64,000 bases of DNA from an uncultured beta proteobacterium (lineage in GTDB: Bacteria > Pseudomonadota > Gammaproteobacteria > Burkholderiales > Casimicrobiaceae). Shown here piece by piece: positions 1-12,494 of this stretch (position 1 is its first letter; each line of letters begins with the position of its first letter). The position numbers and the translations under genes were made by a program. The DNA is taken from NCBI GenBank assembly GCA_963786625.1, contig CAWAZS010000002.1, positions 12,201-76,200 on the forward strand. Direction: 5' to 3'. The notes beneath the pieces were generated by a model that had not been told where the DNA came from, ran no database searches, and saw only the letters and a list, made by a program, of their open reading frames with translations.

Positions 1-1
1 G

Positions 2-294
2 ATCCTGATGTTCGTCGAGGACGTCGGCCGCCACAACGCGGTCGACGCGATCGCGGGCCAGATGTGGCTCGACCGCATCGACGGCGGCGACAAGATCTTC
101 TACACGACCGGCCGGCTCACCTCGGAGATGGTGATCAAGGCCGCGCAGATGGGCATTCCGTTCCTGGTCTCGCGCTCGGGCCTGACGCAGATGGGCTACG
201 AGATCGCGCAGAAGGTCGGCATCACGATGATCGGCCGCGCGACCAACAAGCACTACCTGCTGTTCACCGGCGGCGAGCGGTTCAGGAATGCTGA
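2..294 (+). CDS. fdhD: Formate dehydrogenase accessory sulfurtransferase FdhD, C-terminal part (5' end lies outside the window)
   Basis: ORF 8..535 reads FVEDVGRHNAVDAIAGQMWL...TGRLTSEMVIKAAQMGIPFLVSRSGLTQMGYEIAQKVGITMIGRATNKHYLLFTGGERF, the conserved FdhD C-terminal core. Similarity stops near 290. The listed frame stays open to 535 and overlaps mobA, while a TGA lies at 292-294 in the +1 frame, so the true 3' end is uncertain. Confidence 0.75.
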   Translation, partial: PDVRRGRRPPQRGRRDRGPDVARPHRRRRQDLLHDRPAHLGDGDQGRADGHSVPGLALGPDADGLRDRAEGRHHDDRPRDQQALPAVHRRRAVQEC

Positions 295-389
295 TGCCGC
301 CAAGCGCCAGGCTGCCAAGACTCCAGTGCCGCACCCGCTCGCAATTCAGCCTCCTGCGCTCCGGGCGTCCGGAGCGTCGGCGGCCAACC

Positions 390-981
390 ATGGCGCGGGA
401 TCACCGGCATCGTGCTGGCCGGCGGCCAGGGCCGGCGCATGGGCGGCGTCGACAAGGGGCTCGTCGAGCTCGACGGCCGGCCGATGGTCGCGCACGTGCT
501 CGCGCGCCTCGCGCCGCAGGTCGGCGACGTGCTGATCAACGCCAACCAGAATCTCGACCGCTACGCGCGCGCTCGGCTATCCGGTCGTTCCGGACGCGGT
601 CGGCGGTTTCGCCGGGCCGCTCGCCGGCCTGCACGCGGGCATGACGCGCGCCAGCGCACGCCGCTCGTCGTCACCGTGCCCTGCGATTCGCCGTTCCTTC
701 CCGCCGATCTCGTCGCGCGCCTGCACGCGGCGCTCGACGCGGGACCGACGCGCAGCTCGCCGTCGCGAAGACGTTCGACCAGCCGCATCCGGTGTTCGCC
801 TGGTCCGCCGCGATCGTGCTGCCGCATCTCGACCGCGTTTCTCGCAGAGCGGCGGACGCAAGATCGACGCGTGGTACGCGACGCTGCGCGGTGGTCGAGG
901 TCGCCTTCGACGACGAGGCCGACGCGTTTCGCAACATCAACACCGGCGGACGAGCTCCGGCTGCCGCGGCTCGGCGGCTGA
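390..981 (+). pseudogene. mobA: Molybdenum cofactor guanylyltransferase MobA, reading frame broken several times
   Basis: MobA motifs are spread over all three frames: [34 protein letters not shown] (ORF 412..981), [40 protein letters not shown] (ORF 641..1051), [18 protein letters not shown] (ORF 792..1409) and [12 protein letters not shown]-stop (981). The ATG at 390 (MAR) is already out of frame with the GQGRRMGG motif. At least 6 indels. Confidence 0.8.
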
Positions 982-1097
982 GCGCGTGGCGAATCCTGCG
1001 CCTGCCGACGCGATCCGCCGGGCTGCCATTGCGTGGCGCGATCATCGATAATCCGGCCACCCCGATTCCTTCGCGTCTCCTCGACTGCACCGACGCC

Positions 1098-2382
1098 ATG
1101 AGCCAACCGAAGTCCCTGCGCGATCTCTCCTGCGCCGACGACTACGATCCGAACTCGATGGCCGTCGACCGGGCGCGCGCGCTGATCCGCACGTTCCTGG
1201 CGCCGGTCACCGCGACGGAGCGCGTGCACGATCCGCGCGGCGCTCGACCGCGTCCTCGCCGCCGACGTCGTCTCGCCGCTGGCCGTGCCCGGCCACGACA
1301 ATTCGGCGATGGACGGTTACGCGGTCCGCTTCGCCGATCTCGTCGCCGGACCGGGAGACGACGCTCGCGCGCGTCGGCGAGTCGTTCGCGGGCAAGCCCA
1401 GCGGCGTGACGCATCGGCGCCGGCCAGTGCGTGCGCATCTTCACCGGCGCCGTGATGCCCGCGGGCGCCGACACGGTCGTGATGCAGGAGCGCGCGAGCG
1501 AGGAGGCGGGCCGGCGTGCGGATCGCCGCCGGGGCGGTCACCAAGGCCGGGCAGAATCGCCGCTTCGCCGGCGAGGACCTCAAGGCCGGACAGGTCGTGT
1601 TTCGCGCCGGGGCAGCGCGTCCACCCGGCGGAGCTCGGCATGATGGCCTCGCTCGGCATCGGCGAGGTCACCGTCTTCCGGAAGCTGCGCGTCGCGTTCT
1701 TCTCGACCGGCGACGAGCTGAAGTCGATCGGCACGCCGCTGGCCGAGGGCGAGATCTACGACAGCAATCGCTACACGATCTACGGCATGCTCTCGCGCCT
1801 GAACTGCGACCTCCTCGACATGGGCGTGGTTCGCGACGAGCCGGACGCGCTGGAGCGCGCGTTCGCCGACGCCGCGGCCGCGGCCGACGTCGTCATCACC
1901 TCGGGCGGCGTGTCGGTCGGCGAGGCCGACTTCGTCAAGCAGCTGCTCGACAAGCTGGGCGAGGTGCTGTTCTGGAAGATCGCGATGAAGCCGGGCCGCC
2001 CGCTCGCCTACGGGCGCATCGGCGGCGCGCACTTCTTCGGACTGCCGGGCAACCCGGTGTCGGTGATGGTGACGTTCTACGAGTTCGTGCAGGACGCGCT
2101 GCGCGTCCTGCAGGGACAGCGCGACGTCGCGCCGCTGCCCACGTTCAAGGTGCCGCTGGCGGCGCCGATCAGGAAGGTCGCCGGGGCGCACCGAGTTCCA
2201 GCGGGGCGTCCTCGCCCCCGACGGCGACGGCCGACTCGCCGTGCGCACGACCGGCGACCAGGGTTCGGGCATCCTGTCGTCGATGTCGCAGGCGAACTGC
2301 TTCATCGTGCTCTCCGGCGGAGACGGGCAACTGCGCGGCCGGCGACCTCGTCGACGTCCAGTTGCTCGAAGGGCTGATCTGA
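1098..2382 (+). pseudogene. moeA: Molybdopterin molybdenumtransferase MoeA, reading frame broken several times
   Basis: The N-terminus [43 protein letters not shown] is in ORF 792..1409. [21 protein letters not shown] is in ORF 1431..1643. The long core ...HPAELGMMASLGIGEVTVFRKLRVAFFSTGDEL...ITSGGVSVGEADFVKQ...FGLPGNPVSVMVTF... is in ORF 1406..2377. The C-terminus TTGDQGSGILSSMSQANCFIVL is in ORF 2241..2615, and ...GDLVDVQLLEGLI-stop is in ORF 1516..2382. Confidence 0.85.
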
Positions 2383-2589
2383 TCAGCCGAGCGCGTGGAC
2401 CGCGAGGATGGCTGACCCGTTTCCACGACCCGCGTTGCGACCCCTGCAGGTCCTCTCCGGCCGTTGACGGCGCGGCCGGGAAGCCGATAGCTCGATCAGG
2501 GCTTTCGCAGACGCCCCGCCGCATCGCTGGCTCCGCGCCATCCAAGTTCTGCTTCGTTGCTGCCCACGCAGCAGGAGGCAATCAAGACC

Positions 2590-3393
2590 ATGGATGCGGC
2601 CATCACCCCCATTGAGCTCTCGCAACGTCTCGCGGCGTTTCCGCCGCCGACGCTCGTCGACGTTCGCCGGCAGGCGGCGTTCGAGCAGGATCCGCGAGAT
2701 CATCCCCGGCGCCATCCGGCGCCTGCCCGAGACCGTCGACGGCTGGGCCGCGGACATCGAGCCGTGGCGCCCGGTCGTCGTCTACTGCGTGCGCGGTCAC
2801 GAGGTCGGCAGGGCGCGTGCGCGGCGTTGCGCGCGCGCGGACTCGACGCGCACTACCTGGCGGGCGGGCTCGAGCAATGGCGCGCCGAGGGCAATGCGAC
2901 GACGCCGTACGCGGCGCCGACGCGCTGGGTCACGCGCGAGCGGCCGAAGATCGACCGCATCGCCTGCCCGTGGCTCATCCGGCGCTTCATCGATCCGTCG
3001 GCGGAATTCCTCTACGTGCCGAACGCCGAAGTGCGCGCCTGCGCCGCGACCAGCGGCGCGACCGCCTACGACATTCCCGATGCCCCGTACGGGCACGTCG
3101 GCGCGGAATGCAGCTTCGATGCGTTCATCCGCCGGCACGCGCTCGGCCATCCCGCGCTCGACCGGCTCGCGACGATCGTGCGGGCCGCCGACACGTCGGC
3201 GCCCGATCTGGCGCGCGAGGCGCCGGGCCTCGTTGCGGCGTCGCTCGGGCTGTCGGCGATGTTCGCCGACGACCACGCGATGCTGAAGTGGGGGATGCTC
3301 GTCTACGACTCGCTCTACGCGTGGTGCCGCGAAGCGCAGACCGAGACCCACGGCTGGTATCCGCAGAAGCTGCGCGTTCGGGAGGTCGCATGA
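2590..3393 (+). pseudogene. Rhodanese-domain / ChrB-C-terminal-domain chromate resistance protein, two frame changes in the rhodanese part
   Basis: ORF 2557..3393 carries TRWVTRERPKIDRIACPWLIRRFIDPSAEFLYVP (Chrome_Resist/ChrB-type domain). The N-terminal rhodanese segment IIPGAIRRLPETVDGWAADIEPWRPVVVYCVRGHEVG is in the other frame (ORF 2594..3286) and returns at QGACAALRARGLDAHYLAGGLEQW. It lies immediately upstream of chrA. Confidence 0.75.
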
Positions 3394-3461
3394 GCCCGCG
3401 AGCATCAGCCCTGAAGCGCGTGCGCACATCCGGAACAGGCTCAGTGCGATGCCCGGGCACC

Positions 3462-3526
3462 GTGGGTCCGGCTTCAGCCGGACACTGCTACCTCAAGTTG
3501 CACAGGCCGCCTGAAGGCGGCCCCAC
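3462..3526. repeat. REP-like hairpin pair (GTGGGTCCGGCTTCAGCCGGAC ... GGCCGCCTGAAGGCGGCCCCAC)
   Basis: Two GC-rich stem-loops with TTCA/TGAA loops lie in the chrB-like/chrA spacer. The same two motif types recur at 9493-9711 and in degenerate form at 45946-45995. Confidence 0.8.
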
Positions 3527-3541
3527 GCGGGGGCAGGGTAC

Positions 3542-4898
3542 TTGAGCCCGGAGAATTCCGCCGCCCCCGTCGCGCCGACGCGCGCCGAGGCCTTCCGCTA
3601 CTGGCTGAAGCTCGGCTTCGTGAGCTTCGGCGGACCGGCGGGCCAGATCGCGATCATGCATCACGACCTCGTCGACGCGAAACGCTGGATCTCCGAGCGG
3701 CGCTTCCTGCACGCGCTCAATTACTGCATGGTGCTGCCGGGGCCGGAGGCGCAGCAGCTCGCCACGTACATCGGGTGGCTGATGCACCGGACGTGGGGCG
3801 GCGTCGTCGCCGGCGCGCTGTTCGTGCTGCCGTCGCTCGTCGTGCTGATCGCGCTGACGTGGCTGTACCTGGCGTACGGCAACGTCCCGGCGGTCGCGGG
3901 AATCCTGTACGGGATCAAGCCGGCGGTGGTGGCGATCGTGCTGCACGCGGCGTGGCGCATCGGCTCGCGCACGTTGAAAGGCGCCGGTCCTCTGGGCGAT
4001 CGCCGCCCTTGCCTTCGTCGCGATCTTCGCGCTCTCGGTGCCGTTTCCGGCGATCGTCGCTGCCGCGGGAATCGTCGGCTACGTCGGCGGGCGCGTCGCG
4101 CCGAAGGCCTTCGCGGTCGGCGGCGGGCACGCCGCCGGCGGCGGACCCCACGCGCGTGCGGTGATCGACGACGACACGCCGACGCCCCCGCACGCCAGGT
4201 TCCGCGGGTCACGGCTCGCCTGGATCGTCGGGAGCTGTGTCCTGCTCTGGCTGTTTGCCCTCGCGATGCTCGTCGCGAGCTACGGGCCGGGGGCAACGCT
4301 GCCGCGAATGGGCTGGTTCTTCACCAAGGCTGCGCTGCTCACGTTCGGCGGCGCCTACGCGGTGCTGCCGTACGTCTACCAGGGCGCGGTCGAGACGTAT
4401 GCCTGGCTCACGCCGGCGCAGATGATCGACGGACTGGCGCTGGGCGAGACGACCCCCGGTCCGCTGATCATGGTCGTTGCTTTCGTCGGCTTCGTCGGCG
4501 GCTGGACGAAGATGCTGTTCGGACCGGAGTCGCTCGCGCTGGCCGGCATCGCCGGGGCGTGCGTGGCGACCTTCTTCACCTTCCTGCCGAGCTTCCTGTT
4601 CATCCTCGCCGGAGGGCCGGTGGTCGAGACGACGCACGGTCAGCTGCGATTCACGGCGCCGTTGACCGGCATCACCGCAGCGGTGGTCGGCGTGATCGTC
4701 AATCTGGCGCTCTTCTTCGCCTGGCACGTATTCTGGCCGAACGGCTGGACCGCCGTCGCGGCGCAGGGCGGGCTCGACTGGTTTGCGCTGGCGATAGGCG
4801 TTGCCGCCGCCGTCGCGCTCTTCCGCTTCAGGACGGGCGTCATCCCCGTGATCCTCGGCTGCGGCGCGCTGGGGATGGCTATCACGCTCGCGCGCTGA
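3542..4898 (+). pseudogene. chrA: Chromate efflux transporter ChrA, one +1 frame change near 3985
   Basis: The N-half (ORF 3542..5479) reads [56 protein letters not shown]. The C-half (ORF 4038..4898) reads [53 protein letters not shown]. These are the two CHR-family repeats. The start (TTG 3542) is uncertain. Confidence 0.85.
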
Positions 4899-4924
4899 CA
4901 GTATCGCGCGTCAATCCGCTAACG

Positions 4925-7149
4925 CTAGCGCCGTCCGGCGTTGAGCACGCCCTTCACGTCCCTCACCAGCCCGAGCGCGCGGGCGAGCACGTCGAGGCTC
5001 TTCACCTCGAGCGTGAACGCCATCCGCGTCGCGTTGTTGCGGGTGAGCGTGTTCGCCGCGGTGACGTTGATCCGCTCGCGCGAGAAGATCTCGGTGATGT
5101 CGCGCAGCAGCCCCTGCCGGTCCATCGCCTCGAGCACGACGTCGACGGGAAACACCTCGTCGCGCGGCTCGCCCCAGTCGGCGGCGATCAGGCGCTCGGG
5201 CTCGCGCATGCGCATCCGACCGACGTTGCTGCAGGTCCGCCGGTGGATCGTCACGCCCTTGCCGCGCGTGACGAAGCCGACGATGGCGTCGGGCGGCGCC
5301 GGCTTGCAGCAGCGCGCGAGATTGGTCATCAGCCGATCGACGCCGACGACCAGAATGCCGCTGCCCGACGCCGGCAGCCCGGCTCTGCCGCGCGAGCGCC
5401 TCGGCCGCGGGCTCCGCCTCGGCCGCGGCAGCCGGCTGCGCCACCGCGCGGATCGCCGTCTGGATCTGCCGCGTGTTGAGCTCGTCGCGCCCGACCGCGA
5501 CGTAGAGCTCGTCCGCCCTGGCGAAGCCCGGCCTTGGCCGCCACCGCGTCGAGGTTCACCGCCGTCGCGCCGGCGCGCTGCAGCTCGCGCTCGACGATCG
5601 CCCGGCCCTGCGCGAGCGTCTCCTCGTGCTGCTGCGCCTTGAACCACTGCCGGACCTTGGTGCGCGCGCGATGGCTGTGCACGTAGCCGAGCTCGGCGTT
5701 GAGCCAGTCGCGCGACGGCCCCCCCTGCTTGGCGGCGACGATCTCGACCCGCTGACCGTTCTTCAGCGGCTGGTTCAGCGGCACCATCGCGCCGTCGACG
5801 CGCGCGCCGCGGCAGCGGTGGCCGAGGCTCGTGTGCACCGCGTACGCGAAGTCGACCGGCGTCGCGCCGAGCGGCAGGTCGACCACCCGGCCCTGCGGCG
5901 TCAGCACGTAGATGGTGTCGGTGAACAGGCTGCTCTTGAACGCGGCCAGCCATTCCGACGCGTCGGCGACGGCGTCCTTCCAGTCGAGCACCTGGCGCAG
6001 CCACGCGATGCGGTCCTCGAACGCGGGATCGCGGCGGATGCCCTTCTGCGCGCCCTCCTTGTAGCGCCAGTGCGCGGCGACGCCGTACTCGGAGTGCTGG
6101 TGCATCTCGAACGTGCGGATCTGCACCTCGAGCGGCTTGCCCTCGGGGCCGATCACCGCGGTGTGCAGCGACCGATAGTTGTTGGCCTTGGGCTTGGCGA
6201 TGTAGTCGTCGAACTCGCGCGGCAGCGGCGTCCACAGGTGATGGACGATGCCGAGCGCCGTGTAGCAGTCCTTGACGTCGTCGACGAGGATGCGCACGGC
6301 GCGGATGTCGTACAGCGTGTCGATGCCGGACTGCTTGCGGCGCATCTTGTTCCAGATGCTGTAGATGTGCTTCGGCCGGCCGGTGACCTCGGCCCGGATG
6401 CCGGCGGCGGCGAGCTCGCGCTGGAGCAGCGCGACGACGTCCTCGATGTAGCGCTCGCGGTCGAGCCGGCGCTCGTCCAGCATCCTCGCGATCGCCTTGT
6501 AGGTGTCGGGCTCGAGCGCGCGCAGGGAGAGGTCCTCGAGCTCCCACTTGAGCTGCCAGACGCCCAGCCGGTTGGCGAGCGGCGCGAAGAGGTCCAGCGC
6601 CTCGCTCGCCGCGCGCCGTCGCGGCTCGGCCATCTCCGCGCCACCGGCCATCAGGAAGCGCAGCGCCGCCGTCCGCTCCGCGAGCTTGATCAGCACGACG
6701 CGGATGTCCTCGACCATCGCGAGCAGCATCTTGCGCAGCCGTTCGGCCTGCGCGGCGCGCTCGCCGGCCTCGCCCTGCGAGGGCAGCGCCCGGATCTCGT
6801 CCATCCGCGCGACGCCGGCGACGAGCGTCGCCACGTCGTCGCCGAAGCGCGCCGCGACGTCCTCGGCGTCGAACGCGTCCGCCCCGGGAAGGCCGATCAG
6901 GAGCGCGGCGCGGACCGTCCCCGCGTCGAGCTTCAGCCCCGCGACGATGGTGGCGGCACTCACCGCGCGGTCGATCAGCGGCTCGCCGTCGCGGCCGCGC
7001 GTCGTGCCGCAGCGCTCGCGCGCGTACGCGAGCGCCGCCTCGAACGCACGGAGGTCCTCGTCGGGATAGGTGCCGGCGAGGGCCGCGAGCCAGGCCGCAA
7101 CCGCCTGCGGCGCGCTCGCCTGCGGGGCGGCGTGCAATACGGCAACCAT
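4925..7149 (-). pseudogene. relA: GTP pyrophosphokinase RelA ((p)ppGpp synthetase I), two +1 frame changes near 5525 and 5400
   Basis: ORF 5329..7149 carries the synthetase and TGS regions (RPKHIYSIWNKMRRK, YRSLHTAVIGPEGKPLEVQIRTFEMH, IYVLTPQGRVVDLPLGATPVDFAYAVHTSLG). The hydrolase HD motif is degenerate (LLIGLP), so this is RelA rather than SpoT. The middle piece is in ORF 4911..5444. The ACT C-terminus ([38 protein letters not shown]...) is in ORF 4925..7261. Confidence 0.9.
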
Positions 7150-7202
7150 GGCGAATTATAGGACCGGCCGCCGCATTGCCCCGCGGCGTCGGGGAGCGCC
7201 GC

Positions 7203-8558
7203 TCAGGCGGCGGTGGCGGCCGCGATCGCGTCGGCGAGCACCTGCGCCTGCTTGTCGGCAACGTTCGCCTCGCGCGCCTCGACCATCACGCGCAGCACGG
7301 GCTCCGTGCCCGAGGGCCGCAGCAGGACGCGCCCGGTATCGCCCAGCGCGGCGACGGTTCCGGCCTGCGCCGCGCGGATCGCCTCGCTCGCCTTCCAGTC
7401 GTAGCCCTTCGGCACGCGCACGTTGATCAGACGCTGCGGGAACAGCGTGATGCCGGCCGTGGCCTCGGCGAGCGTCTTGCGCTGCTCGACGAGCGAGCGC
7501 AGCACCGCGAGCGCGGCGATGATCGCATCGCCGGTCGTGTGCTTGTCCAGGCACAGCAGGTGGCCGGAGTTCTCGCCGCCCAGGAGCCAGCCCTTCTCGT
7601 TCAGCCTCTCCAGCACGTAGCGGTCGCCGACCGCCGCGCGCTCGAGCACGATGCCCTCGCGCGCCAGCGCCTGCTCGAGGCCGAGGTTCGTCATCGCCGT
7701 GCCGACGACGCCGCCGACGAGCGCGCCGCGCCGCCGGTAGTCCATCGCGATCACGTAGAGGAGCTGGTCGCCGTCGTACGCGCGGCCGTCGCGGTCGACC
7801 ATCAGCAGCCGGTCGCCGTCGCCGTCGAGCGCGATGCCGATATCGGCCTTGTGCGCGACCACCGCCGCCTTCAGGTGCTTCGCGTGCGTCGCGCCCACGC
7901 CGTCGTTGATGTTCATCCCGTTCGGCTCGGCGCCGATCGCGATCACGTCGGCGCCCAGCTCGTGGAACACGGGCGGCGCGACGTGGTACCCCGCGCCGTG
8001 CGCGCAGTCGATGACGATGCGCCAGCCCTTGAGATCGAGCTCGGTCGGGAACGTGCTCTTGCAGAACTCGATGTAGCGGCCGCCGGCGTCCTCGATCCGG
8101 CGCGCCTTGCCGAGCTGCGCCGACGGCACGCAGGAGAGCGGCTGCGCCATCACGCTCTCGATCGACTGCTCGATGCTGTCCGGAAGCTTCGTGCCGTCGC
8201 CGGCAAAGAACTTGATGCCGTTGTCGTCGTAGGGATTGTGCGACGCGCTGATCACGATGCCCGCGGACAGGCGCAGCGCGCGGGTCAGGTAGGCGACCGC
8301 GGGCGTGGGCAGCGGCCCGGAAAGATAGACGTCGACGCCGGCGGCGGACAGGCCCGCCTCCAGCGCGGCCTCGAGCAGGTAGCCGGAGATCCGCGTGTCC
8401 TTGCCGATCAGCACGCCCGGGCGCACGCCGTCGCGCGCGGTGTCGGCCGCGAGCACGAGGCCCGCCGCCCAGCCCAGCTTCAGCACGAGCTCGGGAGTGA
8501 TCGGCGGCTCGCCGACGCGGCCGCGGACGCCGTCGGTGCCGAAGTAATGTCGAGTCAT
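7203..8558 (-). CDS. glmM: Phosphoglucosamine mutase
   Basis: Intact 451-aa ORF: [16 protein letters not shown]..., [16 protein letters not shown] (active-site Ser loop), ALDGDGDRL. It sits in the classic folP-glmM position. Confidence 0.95.
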   Translation of the reverse strand: MTRHYFGTDGVRGRVGEPPITPELVLKLGWAAGLVLAADTARDGVRPGVLIGKDTRISGYLLEAALEAGLSAAGVDVYLSGPLPTPAVAYLTRALRLSAGIVISASHNPYDDNGIKFFAGDGTKLPDSIEQSIESVMAQPLSCVPSAQLGKARRIEDAGGRYIEFCKSTFPTELDLKGWRIVIDCAHGAGYHVAPPVFHELGADVIAIGAEPNGMNINDGVGATHAKHLKAAVVAHKADIGIALDGDGDRLLMVDRDGRAYDGDQLLYVIAMDYRRRGALVGGVVGTAMTNLGLEQALAREGIVLERAAVGDRYVLERLNEKGWLLGGENSGHLLCLDKHTTGDAIIAALAVLRSLVEQRKTLAEATAGITLFPQRLINVRVPKGYDWKASEAIRAAQAGTVAALGDTGRVLLRPSGTEPVLRVMVEAREANVADKQAQVLADAIAAATAA

Positions 8559-8606
8559 CGTTCGGAGATCGTCAATGATTGGAAATCGCGAGGCCCTGTC
8601 GCTGTC

Positions 8607-9486
8607 TCAGCGCTCGTGCGCGCCTTGCGCGGCGTCGACCGCCGGGCTCCAGGCGCCGCCTTCGACGGCGAGCCAGACCTTGAGCGCGTCGACGGTCTCG
8701 CGCACGTCGTGCACGCGCACGATCGCCGCGCCCCGCGCCACCGCGGCGAGCGCCGCCGCGAGGCTGGCCGGCAGCCGTTCCCCGACGCCGCGCCCGGTGA
8801 GCACGCCGAGCGAGGACTTGCGCGACAGCCCCGCGAGCACCGGGTAGCCTGTCGCCGCGAGCGTGCCGATCGAGCGCAACAGTGCGAGATTATGCGCCAG
8901 CGTCTTGCCGAAGCCAAAGCCCGGATCGATCGCGATCCGCTCGCGCGCGATGCCCGCCGCCTCGCAGGCCCGCGCGCGCGCCGCGAGGAAGTCGCGCACC
9001 TCGGCCACCACGTCGCCGTAGACCGGCGCCTGCTGCATCGTCCGCGGCTCGCCCTGCATGTGCATCAGGCAGACGCCCGCCGCGCTCGCCGCGCAGGCGG
9101 CCATGCGCGCCGGGCGCCGTCAGCGCCCCGATGTCGTTGATCATCGCGGCGCCTGCCGCGATCGCCGCGCGCATCACCCCCGGCTTGCGCGTGTCGACGG
9201 CGACCGCGATGCCCTCCGCCGCGAGGGCATCGACCAGCGGGATCACCCGCGCGAGCTCGTCGGATTCGGCGACCGGCGCCGCGCCGGGACGCGTCGATTC
9301 GCCGCCGACGTCGATCAGGTCCGCGCCGTCAGAGCGCAGGCGGCGCGCGTGGTCGAGCGCGCGGGGGATGTCGAGATACCGGCCGCCGTCGGAGAACGAG
9401 TCGGGAGTGACGTTGACGACGCCCATCACCAGCGGGCGCGAGAGATCGAACAGGTGGCGGCCGCAGCGCAGAACGGATGGCTTCAT
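8607..9486 (-). pseudogene. folP: Dihydropteroate synthase, one +1 frame change near 9108
   Basis: The N-half is in ORF 8890..9486 (VMGVVNVTPDSFSDGGRY...DLIDVGGESTRPGA...MINDI). The C-half is in ORF 8607..9104 ([14 protein letters not shown]...[12 protein letters not shown]...LAGLSRKS). An extra C in ggcgcgCatggcc explains the shift. Confidence 0.9.
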
Positions 9487-9492
9487 CGCGCG

Positions 9493-9711
9493 GTGGGGCC
9501 GACTTCAGTCGGCATGCAATCGGTCGACTCGCGGAGTCCGGCTGAAGCCGGACCCACGGCATCGGTCGCCGTGCGGAGTCCGGCTGAAGCCGGACCCACG
9601 GCATCGGTCGCGTGCGGCGTCCGGCTGAAGCCGGACCCACGACGCCAGGCGCGACGCCCGGCACGACGACGTGCGGCTTTCTGCCCGCCCGTGGGGCCGC
9701 CTTCAGGCGGC
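9493..9711. repeat. REP-like hairpin cluster including a 42/41-nt tandem array (9531-9646)
   Basis: GTGGGGCCGACTTCAGTCGGC (9493) is followed by three tandem units of GCGGAGTCCGGCTGAAGCCGGACCCACGGCATCGGTCGC(C)GT, then GTGGGGCCGCCTTCAGGCGGC (9691). This fills the folP-ftsH intergenic region. There are no unique spacers. Confidence 0.85.
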
Positions 9712-9734
9712 GCACGCGCGCGGCCGCACCGGGA

Positions 9735-11622
<1,888 letters not shown>

Positions 11623-11800
11623 TGTCGCTCCTTGCGGCGATTGGATGCGGGCCGCCGCCCCCCGTTCCGGCTTGCGCCGCCGGGCATCCACACCGGATGC
11701 GCCGGGTCTTGGATTCTATCCGTTCGCGGGGGGCACGACCACCTTCGTGCCGGTTCGACGTCGCCTGATGACGACAAACGGGACGAAATTCCGTCGAATC

Positions 11801-12438
11801 TCAACTTTTCATGCCTTTTGCGACGAGGTAGACCTCTCGGCTCCGATCCCGCGACGCCCTGGGCTTGCGCACGTAAACCTTTCCGAAACGGGCCTCGCAG
11901 GGCGCGCCGGAGCTCCGCGAATCCCGCGCCCTGGAACCCTTTGACGACAAGATCGCCTCCGGGTTGCAGCCAAGCGTTGGAGAATTCCAGCGCCAGTTCG
12001 CCGAGATGCACGGACCGTGCCTGATCCGCCGCCTCGATGCCGGATAGATTGGGGGACAGGTCCGAAACGACAAGGTCCAGCTTGCGCCCGCCGAGCGCGG
12101 CTTCGAGCGCCGCCAGACCCTCGTCCGTCGCGGAAATCGGCCTGGACGAAGGTCACGCCCGGGATCGGCTCCATGGGCAGGATGTCGATCGCGACGATCC
12201 TCGCCCGCGGCCCCAGCCGCTCGCGCAGCACCTGGCTCCAGCTCCCGGGCGCCGCCCCCAGATCGGCGGCGGCGATCCCCGGCCGGAAGAGCTTGTCCTT
12301 CTCCGCGAGCTCGAGCAGCTTGAACGCCGCGCGCGACCGGTAACCGAGTCGCACCGCCTCCTTGACCCAGGGGTCGTTGACGTGCTCGGCCATCCACGCC
12401 TTGACGAACTTGTGCTTCTTCGTTGCCTTGAGGGCCAT
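11801..12438 (-). pseudogene. rlmE: 23S rRNA (uridine2552-2'-O)-methyltransferase RlmE/FtsJ, two +1 frame changes near 12125 and 11895
   Basis: MALKATKKHKFVKAWMAEHVNDPWVKEAVRLGYRSRAAFKLLEL...DLGAAPGSWSQV is in ORF 11809..12528. [34 protein letters not shown] is in ORF 11619..12011. [26 protein letters not shown]-stop is in ORF 11801..12538. An extra G in gacGgacgag accounts for the first shift. Confidence 0.85.
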
Positions 12439-12494
12439 TCGGGGACCCGTGCGCGGGGCATGGCCGGCGAGCGGCGTCGCGTAAGATACGGTGG

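Noticed and set aside
390-2382. Interpretation of the multiply frameshifted mobA/moeA (and ftsH, folP, ppa and others) as true pseudogenes or as programmed frameshifting.
   Set aside because: Essential genes are affected. The shifts are mostly single extra G/C bases without slippery heptamers. Protein similarity continues undiminished across each shift, and the errors are clustered regionally. Sequence error is the parsimonious explanation.
7150-7160. Perfect TATAAT hexamers abutting start codons: 5 nt before the relA ATG, and overlapping the ECF sigma ATG at 48592-48597. These suggested leaderless mRNAs.
   Set aside because: No acceptable -35 element lies at 16-18 nt in either case. The sigma-gene hexamer overlaps the ATG itself, so it cannot serve that start. 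I treat both as chance occurrences unless TSS data say otherwise.
9531-9646. Regularly spaced 42-nt repeats that look superficially like a small CRISPR array.
   Set aside because: The units are directly adjacent with no unique spacers. Each unit is itself a REP-type hairpin found singly elsewhere in the window. No cas genes are present.
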